From a bacterium (GTDB lineage Bacteria; Krumholzibacteriota; Krumholzibacteriia; G020349025), in the NCBI GenBank assembly GCA_031362565.1, contig JANLSU010000046.1:1-27585 (forward strand): a DNA stretch of 27,585 nucleotides. Direction: 5' to 3'. A program made the translations under genes and the position numbers. Positions within the stretch are counted from its first letter, which is position 1; each line of letters begins with the position of its first letter. Shown here one piece after another: positions 8,404 through 16,200 of the stretch. Below the pieces are notes generated by a model. The model saw only the letters and a list, made by a program, of their open reading frames with translations, made no database searches and was not told the origin of the DNA.

Positions 8404-8764
8404 TTGCTGCCTCCGCTTCGAGAACCCACGCTGCGGCGTTGCGTGGCGCCCCCATGATTTGGGTCGAACTCAGCACCATGCGGTGCAATTGGCAGTCCAA
8501 AGGAACGATGCGCCGCTTGGTTCGACGAACTGGCGGCCGGCTAACGCCTTGTGGACTGAGGCCGCGGATCGGGGTGGGCCGAACGGCTGCGCGGGTGTCC
8601 CCGGCGGGACAGCGGCGCCTTGGATGGGACAGTTGAACCTTCGCGCCCCTCGGCGGCCGGCGCGTGGAAATCCCTTTCGCCTCTGCCGCCAAGGCCCTAG
8701 ACTCACCTTCATCGCTCTAGATCGCGCAGTTCTCTGCGACACTATTTCACCGAGGGAGAAGCCC

Positions 8765-9241
8765 ATGAAGTGGACTGCGATTTCCTCGCGGTTTCCGCTT
8801 TCCGCAGCCCTGACCGCCCTTGCGGTCACCGCCTGCGGTAGTGTGATGCTGCTCGGCACCAAATCCTTTGCGTGCGACGCCCACGCGTCCACCGTTACCC
8901 CTCAGCCCCAGGCCGCCGCGGCAGCCGTTCCGGCCCCGCAGCCGACCACAACCGCGATGGACGCCGGCATGCGCGCCTACATCGACCCGGATACCGGGCT
9001 TCTGACGAGCATCCGTCCAGAAGGCTTGCCCGCGGAAGTCGAGGCCGATAAGCAGCCGGAGCCGGAACTGTTCGAAGTGCGGTTGCCGGACGGCTCGTAC
9101 ATGATGGACCTCAAGGGGACCCATCAGGAGTACGTCACGATCCAGCTCGACCCGAACGGTAACAAGGTCATGCAGTGCGTCCAGGATCCCAAGGCCGCGC
9201 TGCCCGCGCCGGCACCCGCCCCACAACGCGAGGACCGGTGA
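8765..9241 (+). CDS. Small secreted protein upstream of the PA-domain peptidase (post-PEP-CTERM-1-like motif)
   Basis: GGGAG precedes the ATG at 8765 and there is a signal peptide. Motif GMRAYIDPDTGLL...LPDGS...DPNG....CV. The stop abuts the next gene. Confidence 0.75.
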   Translation: MKWTAISSRFPLSAALTALAVTACGSVMLLGTKSFACDAHASTVTPQPQAAAAAVPAPQPTTTAMDAGMRAYIDPDTGLLTSIRPEGLPAEVEADKQPEPELFEVRLPDGSYMMDLKGTHQEYVTIQLDPNGNKVMQCVQDPKAALPAPAPAPQREDR

Positions 9242-9246
9242 GCCAC

Positions 9247-11223
9247 ATGACATTCAAGAAACACAACCGCGGCCTCGTGGCGTGCATGGCGCTTGGCATG
9301 CTCCTCGCGATTACGGCCAGCAACGCCTTCGCAACGGCCGTCATCACCATCGTCAACAACAACGCCGCCGGCGTGGGATTCAATGACCCGGCGCCGCGCG
9401 CACCGGTCGGTGGAAACCCGGGCGTCACACTCGGTGCTCAGCGCCTGTTCATTTTCCAGTACGGCGCAAACATCTGGGGGAACATCCTCACCAGCTCCGT
9501 GCCGATTCTGGTTCGGTCGCAGTTCGCGGCACAGACTTGCACTGCGACGAGTGCGGTGTTGGGCAGCACCGGTGCACTCACGATCCATCGTGATTTCGCC
9601 GGCGCACCGTTCACGGGAACTTGGTACCAGCAGTCGTTGGCCAACAAGCTGTTTGGTTCCGACTTGTCAGCGGCGAACCCCGACATGACGTCGACCTTCA
9701 ACTCGAACATCGACCTCGGTTGCTTCGGCCCTGGCTTGCTGTGGTACTACGGCACGGATGGACTCGAAGGCACGAACATCGAGCTTCTGCCGGTCATCAT
9801 GCACGAACTCGGGCACGGCCTCGGGTTCGCGAGCACGACGAACGGCAGCACGGGCGTGTTGAACGGCGGCTTCCCGGGCGCCTATGACCATTTCCTGATG
9901 GACAACGTCTCCGGGTTGCATTGGGACGTGATGACGAACGCCCAGCGCGCGGCGAACGCCATCAGCATCAATCACCTGGTGTGGGACGGGGCCCGTGGCA
10001 AGGCCGAAGCGGCCGCCTTCCTCGGTCCACGCCCGCAGCTCAAGATCAACTCGCCGGGCGTGATCGCCGGCAGCTACGATGTGCAGACGGCGACGTTCGG
10101 AGCGGCGCTGACGCTGGGCGGATTCACCGGCAACATCGTTCAGGTCGACGACGGCGTCGCCCCGAACGAAGACGCATGTGAGCCGATCATCAACGGTGCG
10201 GCAGTGTTCAGCAACATCGCGTTGATCGACCGTGGCACGTGCACGTTCGTGCTCAAGGCACTCGCGGCTCAGGCCGCCGGCGCCACCGGCATGATCGTCG
10301 TCAACAACGTTCCGACCGGCCTGCCCGGCATGGGCGGCACGGATCCGTCGATCACGATTCCCTGCATCGGCATTTCGCAGGCCGACGGCAACGCCATCAA
10401 GGCGCAGCTCGGCGGTGGCGTCAACTGCACGATGTTGTTGGACCCGGCCAAGAAGGCGGGCGCCGACAATACGGGCCATCCGTTCATGTACGCACCGAGC
10501 CCGTTTGCCAGCGGTTCGTCGGTTTCGCACTGGGACATCAGTGCGTCGCCGAATGCGCTCATGGAGCCGGCCATCAACAACGACCTGCATGACACCGTCG
10601 ACATCACGCACGGTTTGTTCGTCGACATCGGCTGGTTCCCGGAGACGGTGCCGGTCACGCTCGATGAATTCGCGGCGTTGGGCCAGGCAGACGGCGTGCT
10701 CGTCCGCTGGCACTTCTCGGATCTCACCGATGTCGGTTCGATCACGCTCGAACGCGCCGTCGATGTGAACGGGCCGTTCGCCCCGCAGCAGACCGAACTC
10801 GGCCAGGAAGGCGCGGTCACGACCGCCCTCGATACGAGTGCCGAGCCGGGCGTGACCTACTACTACCACCTGCGCATCACGGACCGCCGTGGCCAGGGGT
10901 CGGTCGTGGGCACCACGTACGGACAGCGTTTGAGCGAGTCCATGCGCGTCAGTCTGATGAGCCCGAATCCGAACCCGGTTGTGAACGGCGTCACGGCGCT
11001 GCGCTACCGGATCGGCCAGGCGGGTCATGTCAAGCTGACCATCACCGACGTGAGTGGCCGCCAGGTTCGCTTGCTGCAAGACGAAGCGGTGCGCGCCGGC
11101 GAACACCTGATGCAGTGGGACGGTAAGAACAGCCAAGGCAGCGCAGTTGCCGCCGGCGTGTACTTCGTCCGCCTGCAGTCGACGATGGGCGCGAAGACGC
11201 AACGCGTGACGGTCGTCCGCTAA
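9247..11223 (+). CDS. Secreted zinc metallopeptidase with PA (protease-associated) domain and C-terminal FlgD-Ig/sorting-like domain
   Basis: Signal peptide ending AFA, the zincin motif HELGHGLGF, a PA domain (IALIDRGTCTFVLKALAAQAAGA), GSSVSHWD, and a tail PNPNP...WDGKN..G..VAAGVYFVRL. An alternative GTG start is at 9238. Confidence 0.9.
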   Translation: MTFKKHNRGLVACMALGMLLAITASNAFATAVITIVNNNAAGVGFNDPAPRAPVGGNPGVTLGAQRLFIFQYGANIWGNILTSSVPILVRSQFAAQTCTATSAVLGSTGALTIHRDFAGAPFTGTWYQQSLANKLFGSDLSAANPDMTSTFNSNIDLGCFGPGLLWYYGTDGLEGTNIELLPVIMHELGHGLGFASTTNGSTGVLNGGFPGAYDHFLMDNVSGLHWDVMTNAQRAANAISINHLVWDGARGKAEAAAFLGPRPQLKINSPGVIAGSYDVQTATFGAALTLGGFTGNIVQVDDGVAPNEDACEPIINGAAVFSNIALIDRGTCTFVLKALAAQAAGATGMIVVNNVPTGLPGMGGTDPSITIPCIGISQADGNAIKAQLGGGVNCTMLLDPAKKAGADNTGHPFMYAPSPFASGSSVSHWDISASPNALMEPAINNDLHDTVDITHGLFVDIGWFPETVPVTLDEFAALGQADGVLVRWHFSDLTDVGSITLERAVDVNGPFAPQQTELGQEGAVTTALDTSAEPGVTYYYHLRITDRRGQGSVVGTTYGQRLSESMRVSLMSPNPNPVVNGVTALRYRIGQAGHVKLTITDVSGRQVRLLQDEAVRAGEHLMQWDGKNSQGSAVAAGVYFVRLQSTMGAKTQRVTVVR

Positions 11224-11249
11224 GACGTTCCGCAAGGTTCGAAGTCAGT

Positions 11250-11292
11250 GAAGAAGCGCCGGGTCGCGAGATCCGGCGCTTCTTCTTGCTTT
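11250..11292 (+). terminator. Rho-independent terminator
   Basis: GAAGAAGCGCCGGGTC-GCGA-GATCCGGCGCTTCTTC followed by TTGCTTT, 26 nt after the stop at 11223. Confidence 0.8.
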
Positions 11293-11341
11293 CAGCGCGA
11301 TCCCAATCCCGCGACACCTTGAGCGATTGCTGGAGCGTGGG

Positions 11342-11463
11342 GTCTTCGGAGGTGTGGGACCCCCGCCCACTCAGACAGAACGGGCCGCGCCGCGCGCTTC
11401 GCGCGCAATATTAGATGCGCGAGCCCGTTAACTCGCGGTCGGGGGTCCCACACCTCCGAAGAC
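11342..11463. repeat. 122-bp palindromic element with 24-bp perfect terminal inverted repeats (REPIN/MITE-like)
   Basis: GTCTTCGGAGGTGTGGGACCCCCG (11342-11365) has its exact reverse complement at 11440-11463. An internal pair AACGGGC/GCCCGTT is also present. Confidence 0.8.
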
Positions 11464-11556
11464 GTGCTCCGACTCGGAGTCGGACTCGGCCCCACATCCG
11501 GACCGCCGCACTCTGACTCTCAGTCAGACTTCGGTTCTAGCCAGCCCGACAAAGCC

Positions 11557-12065
11557 GACTAACGTCGGCGCTGGGCCTTGAGCATGAGACGGATAACGTC
11601 GGGACAGTCACCCTTGGATCTGGCTCAGGCTTAGCGCGAACTGTGTTCGGCTGAAACACGGCCTGCGTAGCCACATCCGGGTGGTCCACCACAGGACACG
11701 TCGAGAAGGCGACCGTTCACCCCTTTAGTTCTTCGTGGTACGGCGGAGAAGTGTCTATGGCGTTGACACGCGCCATCACGCCGCTTCGGGCAGCCATACC
11801 GGTTCGACAGCGCGGAGCAATCGCCCCGGTGCGGAATCCCCGCTCGAAAACGTCTGCGCTGACTGGTTCGCGCGACGGATCACGTCGGGACAGTGATCTT
11901 TGGAATTGGTGCTCCCGGAAGCACGATCTGCCGCCTTGAGAAAACGTCTGCGCTGAAGCGAGTCGCAGGACGGATTACGTCGGGACAGTCGTCTTTGCAT
12001 TTTGTGGACCGTTGGGGCGCGATCTGGCGCCTTGGCGAACGTCTGCGCCGAAGCGAGTCGCGGGC
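11557..12065. repeat. Imperfect ~95-bp non-coding direct repeats (three longer copies plus one partial)
   Basis: AACGTC(T/G)GCGC(T/C)G occurs at 11561, 11849, 11943 and 12038. GACGGATnACGTCGGGACAGT occurs at 11588, 11874 and 11969. Confidence 0.8.
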
Positions 12066-12347
12066 GAATGAGGTGGCAGCGCAGAACACCTCGCAGCAGA
12101 GGGTCTTGAGCAAGGCCGGCGGTCTGATTTTCAAATAACACATTGGCGCTCGCGGGCGCCGATGTCGGGCGGTCGAGTGAGTCCTCGCAAGAGACGCGCC
12201 ACACGTGCGGCGCGCGAGAAGTGGCCCTAGAGGCGGATCCTTTGACTGCGGCCGTGCGGCATCGTCAACGGGCGTGACTGAAAGCCGTCGATGAGGTTCA
12301 CACGGCTCCGGTCTAACGAAGCCTCGTTGGGCCGCGAGGGGCCGTGG

Positions 12348-12376
12348 TTGACAAATAACTACAGCGTAGTTACGAT
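12348..12376 (+). promoter_or_regulatory. Sigma-70 promoter with overlapping palindromic operator for brnTA
   Basis: TTGACA (12348-12353), a 17-nt spacer, then TACGAT (12371-12376). The inverted repeat TAACTAC-agc-GTAGTTA spans 12356-12372. Confidence 0.8.
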
Positions 12377-12382
12377 GTACGC

Positions 12383-12679
12383 ATGAGAGGGCTACGGTTT
12401 GAGTGGGACTCAAGCAAGGCCGCGGCGAACCGCCGGAAGCACAGGGTATCGTTTCTGGAGGCGCAGACCGTCTTTTACGATGAGTCCGCGCGATTGATCG
12501 ACGACCCTGATCACTCCGATGACGAGCCGCGCCTTGTCCTGCTCGGGTTGAGCTTTTCTGGGCGCGTTGTGGTGGTTCACCACACGTATCGTAGCCGTGG
12601 ACGCATCATTCGGGTTGTCTCGGCACGCAAGGCGACACGCGTGGAACGCTCCGAGTACGATCACTGGCGGAGACCATGA
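12383..12679 (+). CDS. brnT: BrnT-family toxin (type II toxin-antitoxin)
   Basis: Motifs FEWD..KAAAN.RKH.VSF.EA..VF.D, DPDHS..E.R and IIRVVSARKAT. Confidence 0.93.
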   Translation: MRGLRFEWDSSKAAANRRKHRVSFLEAQTVFYDESARLIDDPDHSDDEPRLVLLGLSFSGRVVVVHHTYRSRGRIIRVVSARKATRVERSEYDHWRRP

Positions 12680-12888
12680 GAAAACAGTACGATTTTTCGA
12701 AATCGCGTCCGAACCCGTATTCGAAGCAGCTGAAGAAGCAGGTCACGATTCGTCTCGATGCCGAAACCATCGGCTATTTCAAGGCATTGGCCGTCGAGAT
12801 GGGGGTCCCATATCAAACGCTAATCAATTTGTACCTGCGAGACTGCGCCGCATCGAGGCGACGCCTGAGGTGGAGTAAGGCGGCCTAG
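12676..12888 (+). CDS. brnA: BrnA-family antitoxin (ribbon-helix-helix)
   Basis: ATGA overlap with the toxin gene. Sequence MRKQYDFS...NPY...LKKQVTIRLD...YFK......GVPYQTLINLYLRDC. Confidence 0.92.
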   Translation: MRKQYDFSKSRPNPYSKQLKKQVTIRLDAETIGYFKALAVEMGVPYQTLINLYLRDCAASRRRLRWSKAA

Positions 12889-13239
12889 GCAGCGCAAGCC
12901 CAAGAGCGCGTGGCGCGCGGTGGAACGACCTCGGTGCGGCATCCGTGCCGCGGTGGTGCAGAACGCCACGCGCGACGAGAGGTCTCGCCGGTTCGTTTGT
13001 CCAATTTTCAAACAACTCACCGGCGCTCGCAGGCGCCGATACTTCTGATGGCCGGCGTTAGCGGCGGGCTCGATGCCCCTTCGGTCGATTGACTCGACGC
13101 AATAGACGGGCCACAAGAGACGCTCGCCAAAAGGGCCTTGGCGCCGGGCTGCTTCAAGACCGCGCCATTGGGCATTCGTCAACGAGAGGGACTGACGGCT
13201 GTCGGCGATGTTGGCAGTGATGCGCACGGCGGACGCGGG

Positions 13240-13272
13240 GGCGGCGGACGCGATTCGAACGCGGCCGCCGCC
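13240..13272 (-). terminator. GC-rich hairpin after CARDB paralog A
   Basis: GGCGGCGGACGCG-ATTCGAA-CGCGGCCGCCGCC with one mismatch, about 25 nt past the stop at 13297. There is no U-tract. Confidence 0.35.
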
Positions 13273-13296
13273 GTTCACTTCTCGAGTGGCCGCGGG

Positions 13297-16200
13297 CTAC
13301 CGGATCAGAATGACGCGGCGCGTCTGCTGAAAGGCACCGCTCACGAAGCGACAGAAGTAGACCCCGGCGGGGACGCGCCTGCCCGTCGTGTCGCGGGCAT
13401 CCCAGGCGGCGGCGTGCCGGCCCTGTCCTTCCAAACCGTGGCGCAGTGTGGCGACCCGCCGTCCAGCGGCGTCGAACACGCCCAGATCCACTTGGCGCGA
13501 CTGGGGCAGCGAGAACTCGAACGCGGCGCCTGGCCGGAACGGGTTCGGGCGCACGGGATGCAGCTGCAGAGCGAAAAGCGCCGTGCGGTCATACAGCCAT
13601 GACAAGAGGCCGACAGCTTCCTCGCGGCCGCCTGCAAACCTGCCGACGATCTGGTATTCGAGATGCACCCCGGGCTCGGCGGTGCGGTCCAAGACCTCGT
13701 AGCGGCCCGAGTGCGCCGACGACAGCGCCGGCACGGCATCCGGCAAGCGCATCCACGCCACCTCACCGGCGCGGCGCCGTTCGAGGCGGAAGGACTCGAC
13801 GCTCGGCTCGGCGCGCCAGTGCAAGAGCACGCCATCCGTCACGGACTCGGCGCCAAGGTCGCTCACCGTCACGGGCGCCGAGGGGACGACGAACCATGGC
13901 AGTGTTCCGGTTGCCGTGTTGTTCGAGAGATCCGTGTCCTCCGGAGCAACGTTCAACAATCGAAACCGCAGTCCGACGTTTGCCGACGGCACCTGCCAAA
14001 AGACGGTCAGTGCGTTCGGGAAGTAGAGGGGACCGGCCGGCACTCGCAGCGTCACACTCGTGATCGGCAGGTAGCCCGTTTCACTCAGCCACTCGGCGAG
14101 CAGGGAACATGTCGACTCGACGTCGTTCTGGTTGTACACCCCGACCTCGATCAACACCGGTTCGCCGGCGGATGGATTGGTGGGTGTAATGTGAATCGAA
14201 CTCGAGTAGATCGCTAGGTCACTTGGGCCGCCCGACGCGCCGCGGTGCGTACAGTTGTTCGTCTCGTCCGATTCAAAGATCCGGTTGTTTGGATCCGCAC
14301 ACGCCTCCAACTGTTGCGCGCCAAGCGGTTCGGTCACGACCCACGGCGTCGTGCACTGTACGGTGTTCGAAGCGCCGGGCAAGATGTCGCCCATCGACAA
14401 ATCGCAGAGCGTCACGTGGTCGAGCTGCAGGCGTGCCTCGACGTCGCGGGCCCGTCCGGTTCCATGGTTCGCGACTTGCACGTCGACAGCCCGTACGGTG
14501 TCGCCCACCTGCGGGGTGAATCCGGGTGGGAAATGGATCGTCGGGACGAGATCGATGGTCACGATGCAACCGACGTTCAGGTCCTGTGCAAAGGCGTTAT
14601 CGGTCTCGTCGGACTCCGGCCAGGCGTTCTGCGGGTCGATGACCGCCGCCACATGGTACAACCCGTCCGTAAACGTGTGTGTGACGTGCACCGGCGCGAT
14701 CACCCCACCGCAGGTGCTTCCACCCCGCACGTTCGCCGCCACGGCGGTGCCGATCACAGCCCCGCCGTGCGACTCGTCGCGAAAATCGACCTGCACCGAA
14801 TCGCAGTCGAACAAGCCATCATTGAGAACGACGGCACGAATGTCGACCGGGGTGTCGGGACAGGGCGCGCAGGCAGAGAACATCGAGTTCGGGTTCGGGC
14901 ACCGCGTAATGACCTGCGGCCGCAGATTCCAGGGCAGCACCCGGAACGCGCTGTTGTCCAGCGTATCGGGCTCCGCTTGACCGGCGGGATCGATGGCTAC
15001 CGTGACAACATGGGGCGCGAAATCCGCCGCCCACACACCCGGCGATGTCGCCAGCACCCTGCTCCCCGGGTGCAATGGACCGATCGGCACGGCCACGCCG
15101 CCGATCACACTGTCGTCGACCGTAAACCGGACGTTCACGGGGAGCGTCGCATCACCTGGGCCCGAGTTCGAGATCCAGGACTGGAACTGCAGTTCCTCGC
15201 CGAGCGCCGGGGCCGCATTCGTCACGTGAATATCGCAGGACTCGACGTGGAAGTTGGGCCGCGGTGGTAGCGGCGGCACGTCGCAGTGCCCAACACAAAG
15301 ACTTGCCGTGAGAGTGTTGTTGCCTGCCTCACAGTCGGTGCCGGCAACGTGCTCGGGATCCAACACGAAGTCCAGTTCGTGGCATGTCAGCTCGAATGCT
15401 TCGGCAAAGGACACTTCCGCCGCCGCACCGGGTGCGAGCGCGTCTAGCGCCGCCGTCGCAATCTCCCCGCCATCGGAGTGGCAGGCAACGCGCGCCGACG
15501 ACGACGCCACACAGCCACGGTTCACGACCCGGATCGTGAATGGAACGTTCGTCGACGAGCAAAACGGACTCGCCGTGAACTGTGCCCGCTCGAGCGCCAG
15601 ATCCAAGCAGCCCGGCGGCACCACGACACTGGCGGCCGCGGCATTATCGTCCTTGCGGAATTCACGCCGCGCATTGTCCGGGTCGATCTGCGCCGTAAAG
15701 GAACGCAAACCACTACCGGACACCGGCACCTCGAGAGGATCGAGCGCTACCGTCGCACCTGGTGCGAGCGCGCCAAGCGCCAACTCGCCCGCAAGCTCCA
15801 CCCCATCGGCCAGCAAGCGCACCGTCGTCGCCTCCGACGTCCGGTCCCCCTGATTCGTCACCGACCACGTAATCGCCGCCACCGTCGCGGGACAGCCCGC
15901 ACCCAGCGCGGCCTCGAGATGCAGAGCCAAGTTCGCCAAGTGCGGTGGCTGCTGCCCCAGAATCGATGTCACCTGCACGCTGACGATCGACGAGTCGGTG
16001 CGGGCGCCATCGCGCACCACGAACGACAACCGGTAGGAGCCCAGCACCGCCGGCGGCGTGAAGCCGGCGCGGAAATTACCCGCCGCATCGGTGCGCGTCG
16101 TTTGTGAAGCATCCCAGGACGGTGCACACACAACCTGGGCGCCGCTCACCACGGCGTGCGGCATTGCCCCAACAGAATAGGCGGCATTGCCGTTCATCAT

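Noticed and set aside
7865..8764. First 300 aa of ORF 7865..9241
   Set aside because: It is antisense to the lipoprotein gene and has no motifs. The RBS and signal peptide indicate a start at 8765.
1034..11235. Long antisense ORFs (1034..2044, 1915..2955, 2799..3914, 6098..7159, 7279..8457, 9667..11235)
   Set aside because: They are typical high-GC shadow frames opposite genes with clear family motifs.
11557..12065. CRISPR array
   Set aside because: The repeats are long and degenerate, the intervening sequences resemble each other rather than being unique spacers, and no cas genes are present.
11751..12413. ORFs 11751..11939, 11776..12204, 11880..12413 and 11893..12138
   Set aside because: They have no recognisable domains or RBS, and the underlying 94-95-nt repeat period does not preserve frame.
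12820..13278. 152-aa minus-strand ORF downstream of brnA
   Set aside because: It has no recognisable motif, starts inside a hairpin region and overlaps brnA. It cannot be supported without a homology search.
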